Assembly (NCBI GenBank): GCA_963740355.1
Contig: CAVUDW010000003.1
Location: forward strand, 2,368,001 to 2,432,000
From: an uncultured Gemmatimonadaceae bacterium
GTDB lineage: Bacteria; Gemmatimonadota; Gemmatimonadetes; Gemmatimonadales; Gemmatimonadaceae
Direction of reading: 5' to 3'
DNA length: 64,000 nt
Part shown: positions 28,341 through 38,413 of the stretch, piece after piece
How the letters are laid out: the number at the start of each line of letters is the position of its first letter
Numbering within the stretch: position 1 is the first letter of the stretch
The notes under the pieces: generated by a model
What the model was told of the DNA's origin: nothing
Databases searched by the model: none
What the model saw: only the letters and a program-made list of their open reading frames with translations
Program-made: the position numbers and the translations under genes

Positions 28341-29659
28341 GCGTGACGCACTGGCAGGCGGCCTTCGCCGCCCGCGTCGGCACCGATGAACCGCAGTGGC
28401 TGGCTCCGATGCGTCGCACCGCGATGGCATCGTTCAGCGCACTTGGGTTCCCCACGCCGGCGCTCGAGGACTGGCACTACACCTCGTTGTCGTCGATCGC
28501 CGAGGTGCCGTACACCGTGCATGTCGCGGCATCGTCCACCACGGTGGCCGACCTCACGCCGTACATGATCAACGCCGACTGGCCGACCGTGGTGCTGCTC
28601 AATGGCCGGTATTCGCCGGCGTTGTCGTCACTCGATTCACTACCCGCCGGGTTGCTGGTGATGGACCTTGCGCAGGCATGGCGCGAACAGGCTGACCTGG
28701 TGCAGAAGCATCTTGGCACAGTCGCGGTCAGCGAACATGCCATGACCGCGCTCAACACGGGCCTCATGCGCGACGGGGTACTGGTCTACGTGCCGAAGGA
28801 CGTGGCGTCCGACACCCCGATCCACATCCTCCACGTCACCGATGCCGCCGGCGCGTCGTCGGCCAAGTTCCCGCGGACCCTGATCGTGGCCGAACGCCAC
28901 GCGAAGGCCACCGTGCTGGAGAGCTTCGTCGGCCTGGCAGACGTGGCGTACTTCACGAACCATGTGGCGGAAGTGGTGGTCGGTGAGAACGCGACCATCA
29001 CCCACAGCAAGATCCAGCGCGAGTCGGACCTCGCCACACATGTCAGCACCACCGAAGTCCATCAGGCCCGCGACAGTCACTACGTGAACTTCTCGATGGC
29101 GATGGGCTCGAAGCTGAGCCGCACCAACGTCTACACGGTGCTGGACGGCGAGAACTGTGGCGCCACGCTCAATGGCCTCTACCTCGGCAAGGGCTCGCAG
29201 CACACCGATCACCAGACGCGCATCGAGCACGCGCAGCCGAACTGCTTCAGCCGCGAGTTGTACAAGGGCGTGCTGGACGGCTCGTCGCACGCGGTGTTCA
29301 ACGGCAAGGTCTACGTGCATCCCATCGCACAGAAGACCGATGGCAAGCAGAGCAACCATACGTTGCTGCTCTCGCCTGAAGCGAAGATCGACACCAAGCC
29401 ACAGCTGGAGATTTTCGCCGACGATGTGAAGTGCACGCATGGCGCCACGGTGGGTCGCATGGACGAGGCGGGCCTCTTCTACATGAAGAGCCGCGGCGTG
29501 CCAGCCGAGACCGCGCGTCGCCTGCTCACCTATGCGTTCGCGGCCGATGTGCTGGAAACGATCGAGAACGAGACGGTGAAGCACGCCCTCGAGCAGCTGA
29601 CGCTGGAGCGCTACGCTGGCGTCAGTGCCGCACGACACACCGCAGGCCAGCAGAGCTGA
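28337..29659 (+). CDS. sufD: Fe-S cluster assembly protein SufD
   Basis: EDWHYT, FNGKVYV, KPQLEIFADDVKCTHGAT; GTGA overlap with sufC. Confidence 0.95.
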   Translation: MSVTHWQAAFAARVGTDEPQWLAPMRRTAMASFSALGFPTPALEDWHYTSLSSIAEVPYTVHVAASSTTVADLTPYMINADWPTVVLLNGRYSPALSSLDSLPAGLLVMDLAQAWREQADLVQKHLGTVAVSEHAMTALNTGLMRDGVLVYVPKDVASDTPIHILHVTDAAGASSAKFPRTLIVAERHAKATVLESFVGLADVAYFTNHVAEVVVGENATITHSKIQRESDLATHVSTTEVHQARDSHYVNFSMAMGSKLSRTNVYTVLDGENCGATLNGLYLGKGSQHTDHQTRIEHAQPNCFSRELYKGVLDGSSHAVFNGKVYVHPIAQKTDGKQSNHTLLLSPEAKIDTKPQLEIFADDVKCTHGATVGRMDEAGLFYMKSRGVPAETARRLLTYAFAADVLETIENETVKHALEQLTLERYAGVSAARHTAGQQS

Positions 29660-29661
29660 AC

Positions 29662-30105
29662 ATGTCGGACCTCGACGAGCTCTACCAGAGCATCATCCTC
29701 GATCACAATCGTCGGCCGCGCAACTACGGCGAGCCGGCGAGCTGCAGTCATCACGCGAGCGGGCGCAACCCGCTCTGCGGCGATGAAGTGACCGTCTGGT
29801 TGACCGTCGAGAACGATGTGATCACCGATGTGAAGTTCATTGGACAAGGCTGCGCCATTTCGAAGGCGTCCACGTCGCTCATGACCGACGCGGTCCGCGG
29901 CAAGACGACCGCCGACGCATTGGCGATGTTCGACAAGGTGCACGACCTGCTCACCGGCAAGTCGGACCCGATTGCGGAACGCAAGTCGCTGGGCCAGATC
30001 GCAGCCCTCGGTGGCGTGTCGCGGTTCCCGATTCGTGTGAAGTGTGCCTCGCTGGGCTGGCATGCGTTCCGCAATGCGTTGCTCAGTGTCGAAGCCGCAC
30101 CGTGA
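29662..30105 (+). CDS. sufU: SufU sulfur-transfer protein
   Basis: LYQSIILDH, NPLCGD, GCAIS, RVKCA. Confidence 0.92.
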   Translation: MSDLDELYQSIILDHNRRPRNYGEPASCSHHASGRNPLCGDEVTVWLTVENDVITDVKFIGQGCAISKASTSLMTDAVRGKTTADALAMFDKVHDLLTGKSDPIAERKSLGQIAALGGVSRFPIRVKCASLGWHAFRNALLSVEAAP

Positions 30106-30137
30106 GCACTGACGTGAGCACTGAAGTGAGCACTGCC
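30102..30137 (+). repeat. Three tandem 12-bp units GTGAGCACTG(ac/aa/cc)
   Basis: Units at 30102, 30114 and 30126; the first contains the sufU stop. Confidence 0.9.
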
Positions 30138-30166
30138 GCGCACGATTGCCCCGAGAGGAACTCCTG

Positions 30167-31393
30167 ATGACATCACTCGCGCCGCGCAGCGATTTTCCGC
30201 TCCTCGCTGACGCGCCAGCGCTGCACTACCTCGACTCTGCCGCCACGGCGCAGAAGCCGCAGGCGGTGCTCGACGCCGTGCAGCACTTCTACACCCACGA
30301 CAACGCCAATCCGCATCGCGGCGCCTACGCGCTCTCGGCACGCGCCACGGAGCGGTATCACGATGCGCGCACCACCATCGCCCGGTTCATCGGCGCCAGC
30401 GATGCGGACACGATGCTGTTCGTCCGCGGCACCACCGAGGCGATGAACCTCGTGGCCTACGGCTGGGGTGATCGGAATGTCGGGCCGGGCGACGCAGTGG
30501 TGGTCACGGCGATGGATCATCACGCCAGCTTCGTCACCTTTCAGCAGTTGGCCTTGCGGAGCGGCGCTGAATTCCGGATCGCCGAGCTGACGGCCGATGG
30601 CCAGATCGACCTCGCGCACCTCGCCACGCTACTCGATTCGCGCGTCAAGCTGGTTGCGTTCCCGCAGGTGTCGAATGCGCTCGGTACCATCAATCCCGTG
30701 GCGCAGATCGTTGCCATGGCCCACGCGGTCGGCGCCATCGTGGTCTGCGATGGTGCGCAGGCAGTGCCGCACCTGGGCGTGAACGTCGAACAACTGGGTG
30801 TCGACTTCTTTGCCTTCAGTGGGCACAAGCTCGGCGGACCGATGGGCATCGGCGTGTTGTGGGGCAAGCGCGCGCTGCTCGAAAGCATGTCGCCGTGGCA
30901 GTTTGGTGGTGACATGATCGAGGTGGTGGGTGATCAGCACACCACCTTCAACACCCTGCCCCATCGCTTCGAGGCCGGGACACCGAACGCCGCGGATGCG
31001 GTCGGACTGGCAGCGGCCTGCGACTATCTCACGTCACTTGGCATGGATGCCGTGCGGGCGCACGAAGTGTCGCTCACGACGCACCTGCTGGATGCGTTGC
31101 GTGGTCTCGATGGCATCCGTATTTTCGGCCCCGCCACGGCGGCTGAGCGAAGTGGCGTGGTGAGTTTTGCCTTCGATGATGTGCACGCCCATGACCTCGC
31201 CACCATTCTCGACGAACATGGTGTGTGCGTGCGTGCCGGACATCACTGCGCGCAGCCCCTGATGCGGCGCCTCGGCATCCCGGCCACTGCACGGGCGTCG
31301 GTGTGGGTGCACTCGACGCCTGACGATGTCACCGCCTTGGTCAGCGCGCTGCAGCACGCCAAGACGTTGTTCGCCGATGGCGCTCTCCGCTGA
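30167..31393 (+). CDS. sufS: Cysteine desulfurase SufS
   Basis: YLDSAATAQKP, DGAQ, FSGHK, FEAGTP, RAGHHCAQP. Confidence 0.97.
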   Translation: MTSLAPRSDFPLLADAPALHYLDSAATAQKPQAVLDAVQHFYTHDNANPHRGAYALSARATERYHDARTTIARFIGASDADTMLFVRGTTEAMNLVAYGWGDRNVGPGDAVVVTAMDHHASFVTFQQLALRSGAEFRIAELTADGQIDLAHLATLLDSRVKLVAFPQVSNALGTINPVAQIVAMAHAVGAIVVCDGAQAVPHLGVNVEQLGVDFFAFSGHKLGGPMGIGVLWGKRALLESMSPWQFGGDMIEVVGDQHTTFNTLPHRFEAGTPNAADAVGLAAACDYLTSLGMDAVRAHEVSLTTHLLDALRGLDGIRIFGPATAAERSGVVSFAFDDVHAHDLATILDEHGVCVRAGHHCAQPLMRRLGIPATARASVWVHSTPDDVTALVSALQHAKTLFADGALR

Positions 31394-31865
31394 TCCGCCG
31401 CCGGTCCCGGTGGTCGCTTCGGCGCCGCCCGACATCGGCGTGGCGTCGCTCTACCAGGAGATCATCCTCTCTCACTATCGCGCCCCGAAGCACAAGGGTG
31501 TGATCAGCGGGGCGACGGCCGCGGTCGAACATCGGAATCCGCTCTGCGGCGATGTCATGTCGGTCCAGCTCACCTTTGACGGCGACCGGATTACTGACGC
31601 CGCGTTTTCCGCCCGCGCCTGCTCCATCACACAGGCCACCGCGTCGATGCTGCTCGATCGCATCATCGGGGGAACTGTTGCACAGGCGCAGCAGGTCGTA
31701 TCGGACGTGGAGCAGCTCATCGAGACCGCGCAGCCACCGGTCGAGGCCCACGCGGCCGCACTCGGCGACCTTCGCGCTCTGGCGAGCGTCGGACGTTTCC
31801 CGGCACGAAAGGCCTGCGTCCGCCTCGTGACGGGTGCCGTGGCTGAGGCACTATCCTCGCAGTAG
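31377..31865 (+). CDS. Second SufU/IscU-like protein
   Basis: LYQEIILSHY, NPLCGD, ACSI, RKACV. Confidence 0.85.
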   Translation: MALSADPPPVPVVASAPPDIGVASLYQEIILSHYRAPKHKGVISGATAAVEHRNPLCGDVMSVQLTFDGDRITDAAFSARACSITQATASMLLDRIIGGTVAQAQQVVSDVEQLIETAQPPVEAHAAALGDLRALASVGRFPARKACVRLVTGAVAEALSSQ

Positions 31866-32064
31866 AGGGTTGTGTACACGTGGCGATTTTGTGACCGCTG
31901 TGATGGGTCACACGTGATACCAGACAAGCGCGAAGTCGGCGTGCTCCGAAACGTCAGTGTACCGGTGCGGCAAGACTTGCCTACCGATCAGTGACGTGTT
32001 TCTTCCAACGATCGGCGTGGCAGCCTTGCCGTTCCGATTTCTCTGTTCGCCTCTGACTCCATCT

Positions 32065-33954
32065 ATGCATAGCAGATTCTCGCAGCTCGTCCTCGCCGCC
32101 AGTGTGCTGGCGTTGACCGCGTGCGGTGGTAAGAAGGGCACGACCCAGCCGCCGGTGACCACGGCGAGCATCACCGTGACGGCCGGTTCCCCGACGCTTT
32201 CGGTGGCACAGGGCGCTGCGGGCACCTCCGCCATCACCGTCGGCCGCACCAGTTACAGCGGCGATGTGACGTTGACTGCTGAAAACCTGCCGACCGGCGT
32301 GACCGCGGCATTTACGCCAGCGACGCTCAGTGCTGGTGCCACGGCCAGCAGCCTGGCGCTGACGGTATCCGGCACCGCGGCCCTGACGAGCACGAACATC
32401 ACCGTGCGCGCGCGCGGCACTGGTGTGACTGACGCAACGGCGAGCGTTGCATTGACGGTCAGTGCCGTCGTGGGTGGCGGCGTGAGCATCGCGCTCAACC
32501 CGACCACCGCGTCGATCACCGCTGGCCAGACCGCACAGACGGCTGTCGCCATCACCAAGACCGGCGGCTTCGCCGGCGGCGTGAACATGACGGTCACGGG
32601 TGCCCCGACCGGCATGACCACCACGTTCTCCACCTCGAATCCAGTCACCGCAGCCACGGTGAATCTCTCCGTCGCCACGCTGACGTCCGTTACGCCGGGT
32701 CCGTACACGCTCACCGTGCGCGCAAACAGCGCAGGTCTGACTGAGGCGACCGCGACCTACGTCGTGACCGTTGGCGCACCGCCGAGCAACAGCGTGAACT
32801 GGCGCTTCTGCGACACCGACCTCTATCCGACCTGGTTCGCGTATCAGGACGGCGCGTCGGGCAGTTGGCAGCAGGTGACTGCGACCAGCCCGGGCTTGTA
32901 CAACTTCGCCTACGGCCAGCCGCAGATCGGTATCGCGACGGTGTCGACGATTCTCGGCAAGACCGTCACCTCGATCCGCTACTTCGGCTTGTCGGAAGTG
33001 ACGGCGGCCGCCGCGGCAGAATGCACCACCAACCCGGCGCAGGGCACGAAGTCATTGACCGGCACGATCACCGGCTTCGGCCAGGCGACGGAAGTTGGGC
33101 TGGTCTCGATGGGCAACGCGCTCTCGAGCTCCACCAACTCGTCACAGACCGGATTCACGATCAGCAACGTGCCGACTGGCGCTCTCGACCTGGTTGCGAT
33201 TCGCGCCGACATCGTGAGCAGCAGCACGCTGCGCGTGTTGTTGCAGCGCGGGATCAACCCGGCCAGCGGCACGTCACTCGGTGCGCTCGACCTGGCCGGT
33301 GGTGCCTCGTTCGCACCGGTTTCCAGCTCGATCACCGTCAACGCGCCGAACGACGGACCGATCCAGGCGCAGGCTCGCTTCACCACGGCAACCGGTTCTG
33401 GCGCCTCGTTCACGACCGCACAGCTCGCAACGGGTGTGGCCGGCACGTATCAGGGCATCCCAGTCGGATCGTTGCTCGCGACCGACCTGCAGCAGGTGCA
33501 GGCATCACAGCAGGTTGGCACCACGCTGAACCGGTTCATCACGCAGTACATCCGCGGCCCGGCTCCGGTGACGCTCAACATGCAGGCCGATCCGGGTGCA
33601 CCGACGTTGACGAGTGTTGCCAGCGCGCCGTACGCGCGGGCCACTATCTCCGGCGCAGTACCTGCGGCGTTCAATGGCATCGTGCGCTTCTCGCTCGAGC
33701 AGTCGGCGGGCCCGCGAATTTGGACGATCTCCGCAACCCCGGCAGGTCGCGGCGGTTCAGCGACGAGCTACAGCTTCACGATGCCTGACTTCACGGCAGC
33801 CGCCGGCTGGCAGAATACGTGGGGCCTGATCGGTGGCAACACCTCCGTCACCAGCTCGTTCTTCGGATCGACCGGCGCCGGCACCGATGGCGCACCAGTC
33901 ACTGGCGCCGTCTTCTTCACCAACAGTCGCCTCGGCAGCTTCACCTTCCCGTGA
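32065..33954 (+). CDS. Thr/Gly-rich surface lipoprotein with two Ig-like repeats
   Basis: Lipobox LTAC; repeated segments ...GDVTLTAENLPTGVTAAF and ...GGVNMTVTGAPTGMTTTF. Confidence 0.8.
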   Translation: MHSRFSQLVLAASVLALTACGGKKGTTQPPVTTASITVTAGSPTLSVAQGAAGTSAITVGRTSYSGDVTLTAENLPTGVTAAFTPATLSAGATASSLALTVSGTAALTSTNITVRARGTGVTDATASVALTVSAVVGGGVSIALNPTTASITAGQTAQTAVAITKTGGFAGGVNMTVTGAPTGMTTTFSTSNPVTAATVNLSVATLTSVTPGPYTLTVRANSAGLTEATATYVVTVGAPPSNSVNWRFCDTDLYPTWFAYQDGASGSWQQVTATSPGLYNFAYGQPQIGIATVSTILGKTVTSIRYFGLSEVTAAAAAECTTNPAQGTKSLTGTITGFGQATEVGLVSMGNALSSSTNSSQTGFTISNVPTGALDLVAIRADIVSSSTLRVLLQRGINPASGTSLGALDLAGGASFAPVSSSITVNAPNDGPIQAQARFTTATGSGASFTTAQLATGVAGTYQGIPVGSLLATDLQQVQASQQVGTTLNRFITQYIRGPAPVTLNMQADPGAPTLTSVASAPYARATISGAVPAAFNGIVRFSLEQSAGPRIWTISATPAGRGGSATSYSFTMPDFTAAAGWQNTWGLIGGNTSVTSSFFGSTGAGTDGAPVTGAVFFTNSRLGSFTFP

Positions 33955-33982
33955 TGCGCTGAGCAGGGCTGGGCACGACGTA

Positions 33983-34030
33983 AAACGACGGACGGGCATC
34001 TCGATCAATCGAGATGCCCGTCCGTCGTTT
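33983..34030. terminator. Perfect 23-bp inverted repeat; probable bidirectional terminator
   Basis: AAACGACGGACGGGCATCTCGAT-ca-ATCGAGATGCCCGTCCGTCGTTT between convergent genes. Confidence 0.75.
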
Positions 34031-34159
34031 CGCGCCTGCGTGTTTGTCATCCCGCTCACTCATCGCTCGCGTCCCCCAGCGCGCTGGCACCGACGTCTGC
34101 CGTCACGCTGGTCATCGTGCAAACCCGTGCATCCTCAGCGAGACGCGGTCATCATCCGC

Positions 34160-36250
34160 TCACGGCACCGGCGCCGGCCGCGGAATCCCCAACTCTTCCA
34201 TCGGCGGCAGCGTCTTGTTGCGTCGGAATTGCATCATCGCACCGCGAATCTGATCGCTGCGCTGAATCCAGAGCTGCGCCGCCGCATCGTACCGGTTGGT
34301 CAGGTTGCCGAGGTAGGTGGGACGATTCTCGTTGCCCCACGCATGTTCGTAGACCTCGCGACCGAGCACGTACCCTTCCTTCAGGTCACCGATCCGACCG
34401 TTGAGTGGCGACGCGATGTCGTTCAGGTCATTACTCGTTTGCGGATTGATCGGCGTGCTGGCACGCGCATACATCTGCGCGATCTCCTCGGCGAACTGGA
34501 ACTTCATGCCGATGAAGTCGAGGCGGCGCGCTCCGACTTCCATCGCTTCGAGGGCCGCCTGCTCACGCAGGTCCGGCTGCAGTGCCCTCGCCTGTGCGAT
34601 CAGCACCAGTGCCGACTCGGCCTGGATACGCAACGCCTTCAGGCCCGGCCGAATCTTGTTCGACACGATCTGGCCCTCTGCCGACCACGGATCGAGCCAA
34701 TACAACTCACTGCGGCCGTCACTCTGGTTGGTCTGCACCAGTGCGGCATGGGCAGCGCTCAGCTTCTTCTGTGCTTCATCGATCTTGCCGGTGCTGTCGC
34801 CATGGAACACACGACCATACGCGCGCTCGAATTCGGGAATGCTGGACTCCCCAGCCTGCCACCCGGCGGCGGCACCGAACAACACGCCGTACCAGAGCTG
34901 CTCGAAGAGGGCATCGCCGTCGTCATCCCAGTTCGTGTTCAGCACACCGGTCGCACCCATCTTCTGGCCATCGCGCACGAACGCTTGGATGTTGCGCAGG
35001 GCGACGGCGTTGTAGGGATAGACGCGGTTCCAGTTGTTCACGCCAGGCGCCACCCACGTCTCCATGCCGGCGTCCGCAAACGGCTTCAGGCAACGCTCGA
35101 AACCATTGAATGACCAATAGTCCCAGCACACCGCCACCATCTCCTTCGGCAGGATGCCCACCAGCTGCGGCGATTCCATTGCGATGTCGGCCCAGAACAT
35201 CAGTCGCTTGCCATTCGGCTTCAGCGCGGTGTTGATGTCCTTCACGAACTGCAGATAGACCTTCCCCAGCCCCTCGGCGCGCACGCGGTCGCGCGTCTGA
35301 CCGCGGCCCAGTTCCACCGTCTCGTCAGCGCCGATGTGCACGAAACGTGAAGTGAACAGGGAGTCGATCTCGGCGAACCAGGACTTGATCAGCTCCATCG
35401 AACCGGGGTTGTTCGGCGACAACACATGGCCGTGCGGCGTCTCGGCCAGTGGCGCGTAGATCTCGTACTTCAGCACATGATGCAGATGGCCGAACGCCTC
35501 CTGCTCCGGGATCACGTCGATGTGGTACTTCGCGGCGTAGGCAATCAGCTCGCGGACATCCTCGCGTGTCATGGCACCACGCGGCGGCGCGATCAGTGGA
35601 TTGGCGGAGTAGGCGAGCGAGTGTTCGTAATACGGGGAATAGGTGTTGAGCTTGAAGGCTGCGAAGCGGCGGATCTGGGCCTTCTGGTAGGCCAGCGTCG
35701 GGACCGGGCCGCGCGACAGGTCGTCATGGAAGCCGCGGTATTTCATCGCTGGCCAATCGCGGATCGTGGCGGCCTGCAACACGGCAGCGGTGCCGGTTCC
35801 GGTGATCAGCTGCTTCAGCGTTTGCACACCGTAAAAGACGCCGCGCGAATTGGCCGCGATGACATGCGCTGCGCTGGAATCCGCGAGCAGCAGGTATCCC
35901 TCGGCCGACATCGCCGAATCGAAGGTCATCTTGTGGTCGCGCATCACCTGCTGCGCGCGCGCGGTGCCCAGTCGAATCAGCTCGACGCGGAATCGTCCGG
36001 CACCGCCTGTGGTGTCGACGCGGATCCGGCGTTCGGCCATCGACTCGGCGAGGTCGCGAGCCGTGAACGCATCGTCGGCGCCCGCAGTGTGCAGCACCGA
36101 GATCCCGGCCGGCAGCGCCACACGCGTGCCACGCACCACTTCTCGGGGGAGCGGGATGAGGGGAATCGGCGCCGTCTGCGCGGCGAGAGGGGCTGCGACT
36201 GAGGCGCAGAACAGAAGGGAGGCGAGTAAGCGCATGCCGAAATGTGCCAC
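34160..36250 (-). CDS. GH20 beta-N-acetylhexosaminidase
   Basis: Signal peptide; EGYLL, DWPAMKYRG, DDLSRG, FGHL, HIGADE. Confidence 0.9.
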   Translation of the reverse strand: MAHFGMRLLASLLFCASVAAPLAAQTAPIPLIPLPREVVRGTRVALPAGISVLHTAGADDAFTARDLAESMAERRIRVDTTGGAGRFRVELIRLGTARAQQVMRDHKMTFDSAMSAEGYLLLADSSAAHVIAANSRGVFYGVQTLKQLITGTGTAAVLQAATIRDWPAMKYRGFHDDLSRGPVPTLAYQKAQIRRFAAFKLNTYSPYYEHSLAYSANPLIAPPRGAMTREDVRELIAYAAKYHIDVIPEQEAFGHLHHVLKYEIYAPLAETPHGHVLSPNNPGSMELIKSWFAEIDSLFTSRFVHIGADETVELGRGQTRDRVRAEGLGKVYLQFVKDINTALKPNGKRLMFWADIAMESPQLVGILPKEMVAVCWDYWSFNGFERCLKPFADAGMETWVAPGVNNWNRVYPYNAVALRNIQAFVRDGQKMGATGVLNTNWDDDGDALFEQLWYGVLFGAAAGWQAGESSIPEFERAYGRVFHGDSTGKIDEAQKKLSAAHAALVQTNQSDGRSELYWLDPWSAEGQIVSNKIRPGLKALRIQAESALVLIAQARALQPDLREQAALEAMEVGARRLDFIGMKFQFAEEIAQMYARASTPINPQTSNDLNDIASPLNGRIGDLKEGYVLGREVYEHAWGNENRPTYLGNLTNRYDAAAQLWIQRSDQIRGAMMQFRRNKTLPPMEELGIPRPAPVP

Positions 36251-36347
36251 GACGCGCCCGACAAGTGATGCCTCTCCGCGGTCGGCGCCACCTCGCGCGG
36301 CGTCGGGCCGCCGGGATCGCGTGCCTACAGGCGACTACCTTGTCCGA

Positions 36348-36944
36348 ATGGTCCTCGACATTCCAGCCGGCGAGTTCGCCGCATACCTGTTCGACCTCGA
36401 TGGGACGCTGATCGATTCCATGCCGGTGCACCTGCGTGCATGGGCCATCGCGATGGAACGCGCCGGCCTGCGCGTGCCCTTCGATGCGGAATATTTCTAC
36501 TCGCTGGGCGGCGTGCCTACGCTCGAGTCAGCGGTGATCTTCAGCGAACATTACGGCGTGCCGATCGAGCCGCATCGCTTCGTCGAGGAGAAGGAGCAGC
36601 TCTATCTCGACCTGCTCAGCGAGGTACGGTTGATCGAGCCCGTGGCCGCGTTTGCGCGACGAGTGGCCGAAACCCATCCGGTGGCCATCGTCACCGGCGG
36701 CGGGCCCGAGATTGCCTATCCGGCACTCGATGCGACCGGCCTGCGCGCACTCTTTCCGGTGGTGATCACGCCGGAGGATGTGGCGCCAGGTCGCGGCAAA
36801 CCGGCGCCAGACATGTTCCTGCTGGCCGCAGCACGACTCGGAGCTCCGCCGACGGACTGCCTGGTCTTCGAGGATGCCGTACCCGGCATCGAGGCCGCGA
36901 AGGCCGCCGGGATGCAGGTCGTGCGCGTGCCACGCACGCAATAG
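36348..36944 (+). CDS. HAD-family phosphatase (YqaB/beta-PGM-like)
   Basis: FDLDGTLIDSM, GKPAPD, VFEDA. Confidence 0.9.
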   Translation: MVLDIPAGEFAAYLFDLDGTLIDSMPVHLRAWAIAMERAGLRVPFDAEYFYSLGGVPTLESAVIFSEHYGVPIEPHRFVEEKEQLYLDLLSEVRLIEPVAAFARRVAETHPVAIVTGGGPEIAYPALDATGLRALFPVVITPEDVAPGRGKPAPDMFLLAAARLGAPPTDCLVFEDAVPGIEAAKAAGMQVVRVPRTQ

Positions 36945-36959
36945 AACGGCCCTGCGGCT

Positions 36960-37817
36960 CTACAGCGCTGCGGCGCCGTTCCGCACGCTGGCGATGTAGT
37001 CGGCACGCAGCATCATCGTCATCGCACCGGGAGATCCACTCCCGATCGCGACGCCATCCACACCCACGATCGGCATCACGAATGCCGTCGCGGCAGTGAC
37101 GAACAGTTCATCGGCCGCGAGCAATTCGTCGGTCGTGACACTCCGTTCGACGATTGGGATGTTGTGCTTCGCCGCCAGTGCGAACACCCGCTCGCGGGTG
37201 ATGCCCGGCAGCACTTCGGTGCCGAGCGGATGCGTGATCAGCACGCCGTCCTTCACCATGAATACCGTGGCAGCGCCACCCTCCGTGAGGTGGCCATCCT
37301 GCACCATCAGCGCCTCGAATGCGTTCGCCGCACGTGCGGCCTGCTTCGCGAGTACCTGCGGCAAGAGCGCGATGCTCTTGATGTCGCGCCGGGCCCAACG
37401 CTGGTCGGGCACGAGGATGGCGGTGGCCCCAGCCAGCGCACGCGGGTGTTCGATCACGGCCAGCGGGCGGGCATAGGCGACGATGGTCGGCTTGGCCGTG
37501 ACAGGAAACGCGAAGTCGCGTTCCGCTGGGCCGCGGGTGACCTGCATGTAGACCAACCCTTCCGTGACGTCGTTGCGCGCCGCGAGTTCGACCAGCATGG
37601 CGTGCAGCTCAGCGCGCGCGAGTGGCGCGTCGAGCTGGATCTCGCGTAGCGAGCGATCGAGCCGATCGAGGTGCGGGCCGTCGTCCACGAACCGGCCATC
37701 GACGAGGGCGATCACTTCATAGACGCCGTCGGCAAAGAGAAAGCCGCGGTCGAAGATGGAGACGGTGGCCTCTGCCTCGGGGACGAAGGCGCCGTTGACG
37801 AAGGCGATACGAGTCAT
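36960..37817 (-). CDS. dat: D-amino-acid aminotransferase (PLP class IV)
   Basis: DRGFLFADGVYE, QVTRG..RDF.FP, RW.RRDIKS, LPGITR. Confidence 0.88.
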   Translation of the reverse strand: MTRIAFVNGAFVPEAEATVSIFDRGFLFADGVYEVIALVDGRFVDDGPHLDRLDRSLREIQLDAPLARAELHAMLVELAARNDVTEGLVYMQVTRGPAERDFAFPVTAKPTIVAYARPLAVIEHPRALAGATAILVPDQRWARRDIKSIALLPQVLAKQAARAANAFEALMVQDGHLTEGGAATVFMVKDGVLITHPLGTEVLPGITRERVFALAAKHNIPIVERSVTTDELLAADELFVTAATAFVMPIVGVDGVAIGSGSPGAMTMMLRADYIASVRNGAAAL

Positions 37818-37864
37818 GGGGCAAAGTTACAACCGACGCTGGCTGTCCCGCGTAGTTTGCCACG

Positions 37865-38398
37865 ATGACTTGGTCCTGGTCCGCGCTCTGGGCTGCCGTC
37901 GAGCGCTTTGCCCATGCGCGCGGCGCGGTACCAGCCACCTTTCTCTGGAATTTCGGCCAGGGATCCGTGGTGCCGGGCCCAGCCGAGCTGCTGCTCGTGC
38001 CGCTCGCCATCGCCGATCCACCGCGCGCGTGGCGCCTCGCCATCGCCGCCATGGCGGGATCGATCCTCGGAGGGTGTGTGGCATTCTGGCTCGGTGTCGC
38101 CGCCTTCGCGACCGTCGGCAAGCCGTTACTCGCCCTGCTCGGCGTCAGCGATGCCACCCTTGCCCGTGCGATCGAACTGATGGCACGACATGGCTGGTTG
38201 TTCATCGTCGGCAGCACGTTGACGCCGATCAGCGCCAAGGCCGTGTCCATCGGCGCCGGCGCGGTAGGGATGGCATTCCCACTCTTCGCACTGGCACTGG
38301 CCGCTGGCCGGATAACACGGTTCAGCATCGATGTCCTGCTGCTGCGTGTCAGCGCGGGCGCCGTGCAACGGTTCCGGCGTCGGATGTTCGACCGCTGA
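37865..38398 (+). CDS. YqaA/DedA-like membrane protein
   Basis: SVVPGPAELLLVP, GSILGG, TPISAK, GRITRF. Confidence 0.75.
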   Translation: MTWSWSALWAAVERFAHARGAVPATFLWNFGQGSVVPGPAELLLVPLAIADPPRAWRLAIAAMAGSILGGCVAFWLGVAAFATVGKPLLALLGVSDATLARAIELMARHGWLFIVGSTLTPISAKAVSIGAGAVGMAFPLFALALAAGRITRFSIDVLLLRVSAGAVQRFRRRMFDR

Positions 38399-38413
38399 AC
38401 TCAGTGCCCGTCG

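Noticed and set aside
30102..30137. Short repeats as a CRISPR array
   Set aside because: 12-bp contiguous units without spacers and no cas genes; no CRISPR seen anywhere in the window.
31890..31912. TGTGA...TCACA as a CRP/FNR site
   Set aside because: Spacing is 4 or 13 nt rather than the canonical 6.
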